Assembly: GCA_964016885.1 (NCBI GenBank)
Contig: OZ024745.1
Coordinates: 33,356,001-33,420,000, forward strand
Length of the DNA stretch: 64,000 bases
Origin: Eledone cirrhosa
Taxonomy: Eukaryota
Reading direction: 5' to 3'
The notes beneath the pieces were generated by a model. The model saw nothing but the letters and a program-made list of their open reading frames with translations. It ran no database searches and was not told the DNA's origin. Shown here in pieces: positions 40,257 through 55,500 of this stretch. The number at the start of each line of letters is the position of its first letter. The stretch's first letter is position 1. The position numbers and the translations under genes were made by a program.

Positions 40257-40512
40257 GTGGCCTAGTGGTAAGGGTGTTGGACTAATGACCATAACGTTGT
40301 GGCTTTGATTCCTGGACTGGGTTGAGTGTTGTGTCCTTGAACAAAACATTTCATTTGACATTGCTTCAGTATACTCAGCTGAAGAATGAGTACCAGCAAT
40401 AGCTGAGAGTGTAACCCTACGATGGACTGGCATCCTATCCAGAGGGAAGTATTGTATTCTCAGTCACTTAACTTCATGGAAACTAGGATAAGCACTGGCC
40501 TGATGAGCCTAT
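40257..40512 (+). mobile_element. tRNA-derived SINE, family 2; abuts the start of the 48-bp satellite
   Basis: A box gtggcctagtggtaagg, B-like ttgattcctgg, core gtgtccttgaacaaaacatttcattt...cagctg. Confidence 0.8.
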
Positions 40513-43500
40513 GTTAAAGACATAGGGAGCGTATTCCATTAGAATTATGGTAATGAAAGAGTTAAAGACATAGGTAGCGTATTCCATTAGAAATATGGTA
40601 ATGAAAGAGTTCAAGACATAGGTAGCGTATTCCATGAGAAATATGGTAATGAAAGAGTTCAAGACATAGGTAGAGTATTCCATTAGAAATATGGTAATGA
40701 AAGAGTTAAAGACGTAGGTAGCGTATTCCATTAGAAATATGGTAATGAAAGGGTTAAAGACATAGGTAGCATATTCCATTAGAAATATGGTAATGAAAGA
40801 GTTAAAGACATAGGAGCATATTCCATTAGAAATATGGTCATGAAAGAGTTAAAGACATAGGAGCATATTCCATTAGAAATATGGTAATGAAAGAGTTAAA
40901 GACATAGGAGCATATTCCATTAGAAATATGGTCATGAAAGAGTTAAAGACATAGGTAGCATATTCCATTAGAAATATGGTAATGAAAGAGTTAAAGACAT
41001 AGGTAGCATATTCCATTAGAAATATGGTAATGAAAGAGTTAAAGACATAGGTAGCGTATTCCATTAGAAATATAAATATGGTAATGAAAGAGTTAAAGAC
41101 ATAGGTAGCATATTCCATTAGAAATATGGTTATGAAAGAGTTAAAGACATAGGAAGCGTATTCCATTAGAAATATGGTAATGAAAGAGTTAAAGACATAG
41201 GTAGCGTATTCCATTAGAAATATGGTAATGAAAGGGTTAAAGACATAGGTAGCGTATTCCATTAGAAATATGGTAATGAAAGAGTTAAAGACATAGGAAG
41301 CGTATTCCATTAGAAATATGGTAATGAAAGAGTTAAAGACATAGGAAGCGTATTCCATTAGAAATATGGTAATGAAAGGGTTAAAGACATAGGTAGCGTA
41401 TTCCATTAGAAATATGGTAAGGAAAGAGTTAAAGACATAGGTAGCATATTCCATTAGAAATATGGTAATGAAAGAGTTAAAGACATAGGAAGTGTATTCC
41501 ATTAGAAATATGGTAATGAAAGAGTTAAAGACATAGGAAGCGTATTCCATTAGAAATATGGTAATGAAAGAGTTAAAGACATAGGTAGCGTATTCCATTA
41601 GAAATATGGTAATGAAAGAGTTAAAGACATAGGTAGCGTATTCCATTAGAAATATGGTAATGAAAGAGTTAAAGACATAGGTAGCGTATTCCATTAGAAA
41701 TATAAATATGGTAATGAAAGAGTTAAAGACATAGGTAGCATATTCCATTAGAAATATGGTAATGAAAGAGTTAAAGACATAGGAAGCGTATTCCATTAGA
41801 AATATGGTAAGGAAAGAGTTAAAGACATAGGTAGCATATTCCATTAGAAATATGGTAATGAAAGAGTTAAAGACATAGGAAGTGTATTCCATTAGAAATA
41901 TGGTAATGAAAGAGTTAAAGACATAGGAAGCGTATTCCATTAGAAATATGGTAATGAAAGAGTTAAAGACATAGGTAGCGTATTCCATTAGAAATATGGT
42001 AATGAAAGAGTTAAAGACATAGGTAGCGTATTCCATTAGAAATATGGTAATGAAAGAGTTAAAGACATAGGTAGCGTATTCCATTAGAAATATAAATATG
42101 GTAATGAAAGAGTTAAAGACATAGGTAGCATATTCCATTAGAAATATGGTAATGAAAGAGTTAAAGACATAGGAAGCGTATTCCATTAGAAATATGGTAA
42201 TGAAAGAGTTAAAGACATAGGTAGCGTATTCCATTAGAAATATGGTAATGAAAGGGTTAAAGACATAGGTAGCGTATTCCATTAGAAATATGGTAATGAA
42301 AGGGTTAAAGACATAGGTAGCGTATTCCATTAGAAATATGGTAAGGAAAGAGTTAAAGACATAGGTAGCGTATTCCATTAGAAATATGGTAATGAAAGAG
42401 TTAAAGACATAGGTAGCGTATTCCATTAGAAATATGGTCATGAAAGAGTTAAAGACATAGGTAGCGTATTCCATTAGAAATATGGTAATGAAAGAGTTAA
42501 AGACATAGGTAGCGTATTCCATTAGAAATATGGTAATAAAAGAATTAAAGACATAGGAAGCGTATTCCATTAGAAATATGGTAATGAAAGAGTTAAAGAC
42601 ATAGGTAGGGTATTCCATTAGAAATATGGTAATGAAAGAGTTAAAGACATAGGTAGCGTATTCCATTAGAAATATGGTAATGAAAGAGTTAAAGACATAG
42701 GAAGCGTATTCCATTAGAAATATGGTAATGAAAGAGTTAAAGACATAGGTAGCGTATTCCATTAGAAATATGGTAATGAAATGTGATGTTGTGCTAATTT
42801 ATAAAGTTAGTCTAAACGAGGAAATCGTCAGAGACAAATTCTTAATTTACAAATCTGCAGACTCAATTTCCGAGCCCCCTTTAAAATATGTAGTGACCTA
42901 TACCATTCACTTAAATCATACTAAATGAAAGAGTTAAAGACATAGGTAGCATATTCCATTAGAAATATGGTAATGAAAGAGTTAAAGACATAGGTAGCGT
43001 ATTCCATTAGAAATATGGTAATGAAAGAGTTAAAGACATAGGTAGCGTATTCCATTAGAAATATGGTAATGAAAGAGTTAAAGACATAGGTAGCGTATTC
43101 CATTAGAAATATGGTAATGAAAGAGTTAAAGACATAGGTAGCGTATTCCATTAGAAATATGGTAATGAAAGAGTTAAAGACATAAGTAGCATATTCCATT
43201 AGAAATATGGTAATGAAAGAGTTAAAGACATAGGTAGCGTATTCCATTAGAAATATGGTAATGAAAGGGTTAAAGACATCGGAAGCGTATTCCATTAGAA
43301 ATATGGTAATGAAAGAGTTAAAGACATAGGTAGCGTATTCCATTAGAAATATGGTAATAAAAGAGTTAAAGACATAGGTAGCGTATTCCATTAGAAATAT
43401 GGTAATGAAAGAGTTAAAGACATAGGTAGCGTATTCCATTAGAAATATGGTAATGAAAGAGTTAAAGACATAGGTAGCGTATTCCATTAGAAATATGGTA

Positions 43501-46500
43501 ATGAAAGAGTTAAAGACATAGGTAGCGTATTCCATTAGAAATATGGTAATGAAAGAGTTAAAGACATAGGTAGCGTATTCCATTAGAAATATGGTAATGA
43601 AAGAGTTAAAGACATAGATAGCGTATTCCATTAGAAATATGGTAATGAAAGAGTTAAAGACATAGGTAGCGTATTCCATTAGAAATATGGTAATGAAAGA
43701 GTTAAAGACATAGGTAGCGTATTCCATTAGAAATATGGTAATGAAAGAGTTAAAGACATAGGTAGCGTATTCCATTAGAAATATGGTAATGAAAGAGTTA
43801 AAGACATAGGTAGCGTATTCCATTAGAAATATGGTAATGAAAGAGTTAAAGACATAGGTAGCGTATTCCATTAGAAATATGGTAATGAAAGAGTTAAAGA
43901 CATAGGTGGCGTATTCCATTAGAAATATAGTAGTGAAAGAGTTAAAGACATAGGTAGCGTATTCCATTATAAATATGGTAATGAAAGGGTTGAAGACATA
44001 GGTAGCGTATTCCATTAGAAATATGGTAATGAAAGGGTTGCAGACATAGGTAGCGTATTCCATTAGAAATATGGTAAAGGGTTGAAGACATAGGTAGCGT
44101 ATTCCATTAGAAATATGGTAATGAAAGAGTTAAAGACATAGGTAGCGTATTCCATTAGAAATATGGTAATGAAAGAGTTAAAGACATAGGTAGCGTATTC
44201 CATTAGAAATATGGTAATGAAAGGGTTAAAGACATAGGTAGCGTATTCCATTAGAAATATGGTAATGAAAGAGTTAAAGACATAGGTAGCGTATTCCATT
44301 AGAAATATGGTAATGAAAGAGTTAAAGACATAGGTAGCGTATTCCATTAGAAATATGGTAATGAAAGGGTTAAAGACATAGGTAGCGTATTCCATTAGAA
44401 ATATGGTAATGAAAGAGTTAAAGACATAGGTAGCGTATTCCATTAGAAATATGGTAATGAAAGAGTTAAAGACATAGGTAGCGTATTCCATTAGAAATAT
44501 GGTAATGAAAGGGTTAAAGACATAGGTAGCGTATTCCATTAGAAATATGGTAATGAAAGAGTTAAAGACATAGGTAGCGTATTCCATTAGAAATATGGTA
44601 ATGAAAGGGTTAAAGACATAGGTAGCGTATTCCATTAGAAATATGGTAATGAAAGGGTTAAAGACATAGGTAGCGTATTCCATTAGAAATATGGTAATGA
44701 AAGAGTTAAAGACATAGGTAGCATATTCCATTAGAAATATGGTAATGAAAGAGTTAAAGACATAGGTAGCGTATTCCATTAGAAATATGGTAATGAAAGA
44801 GTTAAAGACATAGGTAGCGTATTCCATTAGAAATATGGTAATGAAAGGGTTAAAGACATAGGTAGCGTATTCCATTAGAAATATGGTAATGAAAGAGTTA
44901 AAGACATAGGTAGCGTATTCCATTAGAAATATGGTAATGAAAGAGTTAAAGACATAGGTAGCGTATTCCATTAGAAATATGGTAATGAAAGGGTTAAAGA
45001 CATAGGTAGCGTATTCCATTAGAAATATGGTAATGAAAGAGTTAAAGACATAGGTAGCGTATTCCATTAGAAATATGGTAATGAAAGGGTTAAAGACATA
45101 GGTAGCGTATTCCATTAGAAATATGGTAATGAAAGGGTTAAAGACATAGGTAGCGTATTCCATTAGAAATATGGTAATGAAAGAGTTAAAGACATAGGTA
45201 GCATATTCCATTAGAAATATGGTAATGAAAGAGTTAAAGACATAGAAAGCGTATTCCATTAGAAATATGGTAATGAAAGAGTTAAAGACATAGTAAGCGT
45301 ATTCCATTAGAAATATGGTAATGAAAGAGTTAAAGACATAGGTAGCGTATTCCATTAGAAATATGCTAATGAAAGAGTTAAAGACATAGGTAGCGTATTC
45401 CATTAGAAATATGGTAATGAAAGAGTTAAAGACATAGGTAGCGTATTCCATTAGAAATATGGTAATGAAAGAGTTAAAGACATAGGTAGCATATTCCATT
45501 AGAAATATGGTAATGAAAGAGTTAAAGACATAGAAAGCGTATTCCATTAGAAATATGGTAATGAAAGAGTTAAAGACATAGTAAGCGTATTCCATTAGAA
45601 ATATGCTAATGAAAGAGTTAAAGACATAGGTAGCGTATTCCATTAGAAATATGCTAATGAAAGAGTTAAAGACATAGGTAGCGTATTCCATTAGAAATAT
45701 GGTAATGAAAGAGTTAAAGACATAGGTAGCATATTCCATTAGAAATATGGTAGTGAAAGAGTTAAAGATATAGGTAGCGTATTCCATTAAAAATATGGTA
45801 ATGAAAGAGTTAAAGACATAGGTAGCGTATTCCATTAGAAATATGGTAATGAAAGAGTTAAAGACATAGGTAGCGTATTCCATTAGAAATATGGTCATGA
45901 AAGAGTTAAAGACATAGCTAGGGTATTCGATTAGAAATATGGTAATGAAAGAGTTAAAGACATAGGTAGCGTATTCCATTAGAAATATGGTAATGAAAGA
46001 GTTAAAGACATAGGAAGCGTATTCCATTAGAAATATGGTACTGAAAGGGTTGAATACATAGGAGCGTATTCCATTAGAAATATGGTTATGAAAGAGTTAA
46101 AGACATAGGTAGTGTATTCCATTAGAAATATGGTAATGAAAGGGTTAAAGACATAGGTAGCGTATTCCATTAGAAATATGGTAATGAAAGAGTTAAAGAC
46201 ATAGGTAGCGTATTCCATTAGAAATATGGTAATGAAAGGGTCAAAGACATAGGTAGCGTATTCCATTAGAAATATGGTAATGAAAGGGTTAAAGACATAG
46301 GTAGCGTATTCCATTAGAAATATGGTAATGAAAGGGTTAAAGACATAGGTAGCGTATTCCATTAGAAATATGGTAATGAAAGAGTTAAAGACATAGGTAG
46401 CGTATTCCATTAGAAATATGGTAATGAAAGAGTTAAAGACATAGGAAGCGTATTCCATTAGAAATATGGTACTGAAAGGGTTGAAGACAGGAGCGTATTC

Positions 46501-49500
46501 CATTAGAAATATGGTTATGAAAGAGTTAAAGCCATAGGTAGTGTATTCCATTAGAAATATGGTAATGAAAGAGTTAAAGACATAGGTAGCGTATTCCATT
46601 AGAAATATGGTAATAAAAGAATTAAAGACATAGGAAGCGTATTCCATTAGAAATATGGTAATGAAAGAGTTAAAGACATAGGTAGCGTATTCCATTAGAA
46701 ATATGGTAATGAAAGAGTTAAAGACATAGGTAGCGTATTCCATTAGAAATATGGTAATGAAAGAGTTAAAGACATAGGTAGCGTATTCCATTAGAAATAT
46801 GGTAATGAAAGAGTTAAAGACATAGATAGCGTATTCCATTAGAAATATGGTAATGAAAGAGTTAAAGACATAGGTAGCGTATTCCATTAGAAATATGGTA
46901 ATGAAAGAGTTAAAGACATAGGTAGCGTATTCCATTAGAAATATGGTAATGAAAGAGTTAAAGACATAGGTAGCGTATTCCATTAGAAATATGGTAATGA
47001 AAGAGTTAAAGACATAGGTAGCGTATTCCATTAGAAATATGGTAATGAAAGAGTTAAAGACATAGGTAGCGTATTCCATTAGAAATATAGTAGTGAAAGA
47101 GTTAAAGACATAGGTAGCGTATTCCATTAGAAATATGGTAATGAAAGGGTTGAAGACATAGGTAGCGTATTCCATTAGAAATATGGTAATGAAAGGGTTG
47201 AAGACATAGGTAGCGTATTCCATTAGAAATATGGTAAAGGGTTGAAGACATAGGTAGCGTATTCCATTAGAAATATGGTAATGAAAGAGTTAAAGACATA
47301 GGTAGCGTATTCCATTAGAAATATGGTAATGAAAGAGTTAAAGACATAGGTAGCGTATTCCATTAGAAATATGGTAATGAAAGGGTTAAAGACATAGGTA
47401 GCGTATTCCATTAGAAATATGGTAATGAAAGAGTTAAAGACATAGGTAGCGTATTCCATTAGAAATATGGTAATGAAAGAGTTAAAGACATAGGTAGCGT
47501 ATTCCATTAGAAATATGGTAATGAAAGGGTTAAAGACACAGGTAGCGTATTCCATTAGAAATATGGTAATGAAAGGGTTGAAGACATAGGTAGCGTATTC
47601 CATTAGAAATATGGTAATGAAAGAGTTAAAGACATAGGTAGCGTATTCCATTAGAAATATGGTAATGAAAGAGTTAAAGACATAGGTAGCGTATTCCATT
47701 AGAAATATGGTAATGAAAGGGTTAAAGACATAGGTAGCGTATTCCATTAGAAATATGGTAATGAAAGAGTTAAAGACATAGGTAGCGTATTCCATTAGAA
47801 ATATGGTAATGAAAGGGTTAAAGACATAGGTAGCGTATTCCATTAGAAATATGGTAATGAAAGAGTTAAAGACATAGGTAGCGTATTCCATTAGAAATAT
47901 GGTAATGAAAGGGTTAAAGACATAGGTAGCGTATTCCATTAGAAATATGGTAATGAAAGGGTTAAAGACATAGGTAGCGTATTCCATTAGAAATATGGTA
48001 ATGAAAGAGTTAAAGACATAGGAAGCGTATTCCATTAGAAATATGGTAATGAAAGAGTTAAAGACATAGGTAGCGTATTCCATTAGAAATATGGTAATGA
48101 AAGAGTTAAAGACATAGGTAGCGTGTTCCATTAGAAATATGGTAATGAAAGAGTTAAAGACATAGGTAGCGTATTCCATTAGAAATATAGTAGTGAAAGA
48201 GTTAAAGACATAGGTAGCGTATTCCATTAGAAATATGGTAATGAAAGGGTTGAAGACATAGGTAGCGTATTCCATTAGAAATATGGTAATGAAAGGGTTG
48301 AAGACATAGGTAGCGTATTCCATTAGAAATATGGTAAAGGGTTGAAGACATAGGTAGCGTATTCCATTAGAAATATGGTAATGAAAGAGTGAAAGACATA
48401 GGTAGCGTATTCCATTAGAAATATGGTAATGAAAGAGTTAAAGACATAGGTAGCGTATTCCATTAGAAATATGGTAATGAAAGGGTTAAAGACATAGGTA
48501 GCGTATTCCATTAGAAATATGGTAATGAAAGAGTTAAAGACATAGGTAGCGTATTCCATTAGAAATATGGTAATGAAAGAGTTAAAGACATAGGTAGCGT
48601 ATTCCATTAGAAATATGGTAATGAAAGGGTTAAAGACACAGGTAGCGTATTCCATTAGAAATATGGTAATGAAAGGGTTGAAGACATAGGTAGCGTATTC
48701 CATTAGAAATATGGTAATGAAAGAGTTAAAGACATAGGTAGCGTATTCCATTAGAAATATGGTAATGAAAGGGTTAAAGACATAGGTAGCGTATTCCATT
48801 AGAAATATGGTAAAGGGTTGAAGACATAGGTAGCGTATTCCATTAGAAATATGGTAAAGGGTTGAAGACATAGGTAGCGTATTCCATTAGAAATATGGTA
48901 ATGAAAGAGTTAAAGACATAGGTAGCGTATTCCATTAGAAATATGGTAATGAAAGAGTTAAAGACATAGGTAGCGTATTCCATGAGAAATATGGTAATGA
49001 AAGGGTTAAAGACATAGGTAGCGTATTCCATTAGAAATATGGTAATGAAAGAGTTAAAGACATAGGTAGCGTATTCCATTAGAAATATGGTAATGAAAGG
49101 GTTAAAGACACAGGTAGCGTATTCCATTAGAAATATGGTAATGAAAGGGTTGAAGACATAGGTAGCGTATTCCATTAGAAATATGGTAATGAAAGAGTTA
49201 AAGACATAGGTAGCGTATTCCATTAGAAATATGGTAATGAAAGAGTTAAAGACATAGGTAGCGTATTCCATTAGAAATATGGTAATGAAAGGGTTAAAGA
49301 CATAGGTAGCGTATTCCATTAGAAATATGGTAATGAAAGAGTTAAAGACATAGGTAGCGTATTCCATTAGAAATATGGTAATGAAAGAGTTAAAGACATA
49401 GGTAGCGTATTCCATTAGAAATATGGTAATGAAAGGGTTAAAGACATAGGTAGCGTATTCCATTAGAAATATGGTAATGAAAGAGTTAAAGACATAGGTA

Positions 49501-52500
49501 GCGTATTCCATTAGAAATATGGTAATGAAAGGGTTAAAGACATAGGTAGCGTATTCCATTAGAAATATGGTAATGAAAGGGTTAAAGACATAGGTAGCGT
49601 ATTCCATTAGAAATATGGTAATGAAAGAGTTAAAGACATAGGAAGCGTATTCCATTAGAAATATGGTAATGAAAGAGTTAAAGACATAGGTAGCATATTC
49701 CATTAGAAATATGGTAATGAAAGAGTTAAAGACATAGAAAGCGTATTCCATTAGAAATATGGTAATGAAAGAGTTAAAGACATAGGTAGCGTATTCCATT
49801 AGAAATATGCTAATGAAAGAGTTAAAGACATAGGTAGCGTATTCCATTAGAAATATGGTAATGAAAGAGTTAAAGACATAGGTAGCGTATTCCATTAGAA
49901 ATATGGTAATGAAAGAGTTAAAGACATAGGTAGCATATTCCATTAGAAATATGGTAATGAAAGAGTTAAAGACATAGAAAGCGTATTCCATTAGAAATAT
50001 GGTAATGAAAGAGTTAAAGACATAGTAAGCGTATTCCATTAGAAATATGCTAATGAAAGAGTTAAAGACATAGGTAGCGTATTCCATTAGAAATATGCTA
50101 ATGAAAGAGTTAAAGACATAGGTAGCGTATTCCATTAGAAATATGGTAATGAAAGAGTTAAAGACATAGGTAGCGTATTCCATTAGAAATATGGTAATGA
50201 AAGAGTTAAAGACATAGGTAGCGTATTCCATTAGAAATATGGTAATGAAAGAGTTAAAGACATAGGTAGCGTATTCCATTAGAAATATGGTAATGAAAGA
50301 GTTAAAGACATAGGTAGCGTATTCCATTAGAAATATGGTCATGAAAGAGTTAAAGACATAGGTAGCGTATTCCATTAGAAATATGGTAATGAAAGAGTTA
50401 AAGACATAGGAAGCGTGTTCCATTAGAAATATGGTAATGAAAGAGTTAAAGACATAGCTAGGGTATTCGATTAGAAATATGGTAATGAAAGAGTTAAAGA
50501 CATAGGTAGCGTATTCCATTAGAAATATGGTAATGAAAGAGTTAAAGACATAGGAAGCGTATTCCATTAGAAATATGGTACTGAAAGGGTTGAAGACATA
50601 GGAGCGTATTCCATTAGAAATATGGTTATGAAAGAGTTAAAGACATAGGTAGTGTATTCCATTAGAAATATGGTAATGAAAGGGTTAAAGACATAGGTAG
50701 CGTATTCCATTAGAAATATGGTAATGAAAGAGTTAAAGACATAGGTAGCGTATTCCATTAGAAATATGGTAATGAAAGGGTCAAAGACATAGGTAGCGTA
50801 TTCCATTAGAAATATGGTAATGAAAGGGTTAAAGACATAGGTAGCGTATTCCATTAGAAATATGGTAATGAAAGGGTTAAAGACATAGGTAGCGTATTCC
50901 ATTAGAAATATGGTAATGAAAGAGTTAAAGACATAGGTAGCGTATTCCATTAGAAATATGGTAATGAAAGAGTTAAAGACATAGGAAGCGTATTCCATTA
51001 GAAATATGGTACTGAAAGGGTTGAAGACAGGAGCGTATTCCATTAGAAATATGGTTATGAAAGAGTTAAAGACATAGGTAGTGTATTCCATTAGAAATAT
51101 GGTAATGAAAGAGTTAAAGACATAGGTAGCGTATTCCATTAGAAATATGGTAATAAAAGAATTAAAGACATAGGAAGCGTATTCCATTAGAAATATGGTA
51201 ATGAAAGAGTTAAAGACATAGGTAGGGTATTCCATTAGAAATATGGTAATGAAAGAGTTAAAGACATAGGTAGCGTATTCCATTAGAAATATGGTAATGA
51301 AAGAGTTAAAGACATAGGTAGCGTATTCCATTAGAAATATGGTAATGAAATGTGATGTTGTGCTAATGTATAAAGTTAGTCTAAACGAGGAAATCGTCAG
51401 AGACAAATTCTTAATTTACAAATCTGCAGACTCAATTTCCGAGCCCCCTTTAAAATATGTAGTGACCTATACCATTCACTTAAATCATACTAAATGAAAG
51501 AGTTAAAGACATAGGTAGCATATTCCATTAGAAATATGGTAATGAAAGAGTTAAAGACATAGGTAGCGTATTCCATTAGAAATATGGTAATGAAAGAGTT
51601 AAAGACATAGGTAGCGTATTCCATTAGAAATATGGTAATGAAAGAGTTAAAGACATAGGTAGCGTATTCCATTAGAAATATGGTAATGAAAGAGTTAAAG
51701 ACATAAGTAGCGTATTCCATTAGAAATATGGTAATGAAAGAGTTAAAGACATAGGTAGCGTATTCCATTAGAAATATGGTAATGAAAGGGTTAAAGACAT
51801 AGGAAGCGTATTCCATTAGAAATATGGTAATGAAAGAGTTAAAGACATAGGTAGCGTATTCCATTAGAAATATGGTAATAAAAGAGTTAAAGACATAGGT
51901 AGCGTATTCCATTAGAAATATGGTAATGAAAGAGTTAAAGACATAGGTAGCGTATTCCATTAGAAATATGGTAATGAAAGAGTTAAAGACATAGGTAGCG
52001 TATTCCATTAGAAATATGGTAATAAAAGAGTTAAAGACATAGGTAGCGTATTCCATTAGAAATATGGTAATGAAAGAGTTAAAGACATAGGTAGCGTATT
52101 CCATTAGAAATATGGTAATGAAAGAGTTAAAGACATAGATAGCGTATTCCATTAGAAATATGGTAATGAAAGAGTTAAAGACATAGGTAGCGTATTCCAT
52201 TAGAAATATGGTAATGAAAGAGTTAAAGACATAGGTAGCGTATTCCATTAGAAATATGGTAATGAAAGAGTTAAAGACATAGGTAGCGTATTCCATTAGA
52301 AATATGGTAATGAAAGAGTTAAAGACATAGGTAGCGTATTCCATTAGAAATATGGTAATGAAAGAGTTAAAGACATAGGTAGCGTATTCCATTAGAAATA
52401 TAGCAGTGAAAGAGTTAAAGACATAGGTAGCGTATTCCATTAGAAATATGGTAATGAAAGGGTTGAAGACATAGGTAGCGTATTCCATTAGAAATATGGT

Positions 52501-55500
52501 AATGAAAGGGTTGAAGACATAGGTAGCGTATTCCATTAGAAATATGGTAAAGGGTTGAAGACATAGGTAGCGTATTCCATTAGAAATATGGTAATGAAAG
52601 AGTTAAAGACATAGGTAGCGTATTCCATTAGAAATATGGTAATGAAAGAGTTAAAGACATAGGTAGCGTATTCCATTAGAAATATGGTAATGAAAGGGTT
52701 AAAGACATAGGTAGCGTATTCCATTAGAAATATGGTAATGAAAGAGTTAAAGACATAGGTAGCGTATTCCATTAGAAATATGGTAATGAAAGAGTTAAAG
52801 ACATAGGTAGCGTATTCCATTAGAAATATGGTAATGAAAGGGTTAAAGACACAGGTAGCGTATTCCATTAGAAATATGGTAATGAAAAAGTTAAAGACAT
52901 AGGTAGCGTATTCCATTAGAAATATGGTAATGAAAGGGTGAAAGACATAGGTAGCGTATTCCATTAGAAATATGGTAATGAAAGAGTTAAAGACATAGGT
53001 AGCGTATTCCATTAGAAATATGGTAATGAAAGGGTTAAAGACATAGGTAGCGTATTCCATTAGAAATATGGTAATGAAAGGGTTAAAGACATAGGTAGCG
53101 TATTCCATTAGAAATATGGTAATGAAAGAGTTAAAGACATAGGAAGCGTATTCCATTAGAAATATGGTAATGAAAGAGTTAAAGACATAGGTAGCGTATT
53201 CCATTAGAAATATGGTAATGAAAGAGTTAAAGACATAGAAAGCGTATTCCATTAGAAATATGGTAATGAAAGAGTTAAAGACATAGGTAGCGTATTCCAT
53301 TAAAAATATGCTAATGAAAGAGTTAAAGACATAGGTAGCGTATTCCATTAGAAATATGGTAATGAAAGAGTTAAAGACATAGGTAGCGTATTCCATTAGA
53401 AATATGGTAATGAAAGAGTTAAAGACATAGGTAGCATATTCCATTAGAAATATGGTAATGAAAGAGTTAAAGACATAGAAAGCGTATTCCATTAGAAATA
53501 TGGTAATGAAAGGGTTAAAGACACAGGTAGCGTATTCCATTAGAAATATGGTAATGAAAGGGTTGAAGACATAGGTAGCGTATTCCATTAGAAATATGGT
53601 AATGAAAGAGTTAAAGACATAGGTAGCGTATTCCATTAGAAATATGGTAATGAAAGAGTTAAAGACATAGGTAGCGTATTCCATTAGAAATATGGTAATG
53701 AAAGGGTTAAAGACATAGGTAGCGTATTCCATTAGAAATATGGTAATGAAAGAGTTAAAGACATAGGTAGCGTATTCCATTAGAAATATGGTAATGAAAG
53801 AGTTAAAGACATAGGTAGCGTATTCCATTAGAAATATGGTAATGAAAGGGTTAAAGACATAGGTAGCGTATTCCATTAGAAATATGGTAATGAAAGAGTT
53901 AAAGACATAGGTAGCGTATTCCATTAGAAATATGGTAATGAAAGGGTTAAAGACATAGGTAGCGTATTCCATTAGAAATATGGTAATGAAAGGGTTAAAG
54001 ACATAGGTAGCATATTCCATTAGAAATATGGTAATGAAAGAGTTAAAGACATAGGAAGCGTATTCCATTAGAAATATGGTAATGAAAGAGTTAAAGACAT
54101 AGGTAGCATATTCCATTAGAAATATGGTAATGAAAGAGTTAAAGACATAGAAAGCGTATTCCATTAGAAATATGGTAATGAAAGAGTTAAAGACATAGTA
54201 AGCGTATTCCATTAGAAATATGGTAATGAAAGAGTTAAAGACATAGGTAGCGTATTCCATTAGAAATATGCTAATGAAAGAGTTAAAGACATAGGTAGCG
54301 TATTCCATTAGAAATATGGTAATGAAAGAGTTAAAGACATAGGTAGCGTATTCCATTAGAAATATGGTAATGAAAGAGTTAAAGACATAGGTAGCATATT
54401 CCATTAGAAATATGGTAATGAAAGAGTTAAAGACATAGAAAGCGTATTCCATTAGAAATATGGTAATGAAAGAGTTAAAGACATAGTAAGCGTATTCCAT
54501 TAGAAATATGCTAATGAAAGAGTTAAAGACATAGGTAGCGTATTCCATTAGAAATATGCTAATGAAAGAGTTAAAGACATAGGTAGCGTATTCCATTAGA
54601 AATATGGTAATGAAAGAGTTAAAGACATAGGTAGCGTATTCCATTAGAAATATGGTAATGAAAGAGTTAAAGACATAGGTAGCGTATTCCATTAGAAATA
54701 TGGTAATGAAAGAGTTAAAGACATAGGTAGCGTATTCCATTAGAAATATGGTAATGAAAGAGTTAAAGACATAGGTAGCGTATTCCATTAGAAATATGGT
54801 CATGAAAGAGTTAAAGACATAGGTAGCGTATTCCATTAGAAATATGGTAATGAAAGAGTTAAAGACATAGGAAGCGTGTTCCATTAGAAATATGGTAATG
54901 AAAGAGTTAAAGACATAGCTAGGGTATTCGATTAGAAATATGGTAATGAAAGAGTTAAAGACATAGGAAGCGTATTCCATTAGAAATATGGTACTGAAAG
55001 GGTTGAAGACATAGGAGCGTATTCCATTAGAAATATGGTTATGAAAGAGTTAAAGACATAGGTAGTGTATTCCATTAGAAATATGGTAATGAAAGGGTTA
55101 AAGACATAGGTAGCGTATTCCATTAGAAATATGGTAATGAAAGAGTTAAAGACATAGGTAGCGTATTCCATTAGAAATATGGTAATGAAAGGGTCAAAGA
55201 CATAGGTAGCGTATTCCATTAGAAATATGGTAATGAAAGGGTTAAAGACATAGGTAGCGTATTCCATTAGAAATATGGTAATGAAAGGGTTAAAGACATA
55301 GGTAGCGTATTCCATTAGAAATATGGTAATGAAAGAGTTAAAGACATAGGTAGCGTATTCCATTAGAAATATGGTAATGAAAGAGTTAAAGACATAGGAA
55401 GCGTATTCCATTAGAAATATGGTACTGAAAGGGTTGAAGACAGGAGCGTATTCCATTAGAAATATGGTTATGAAAGAGTTAAAGACATAGGTAGTGTATT

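Noticed and set aside
40498-40512. CTGATGAG hammerhead-like box at the family-2 SINE tail (cf. 23625-23650)
   Set aside because: No GAAA partner or stems; the related copy has GAGAC. It is SINE tail sequence.
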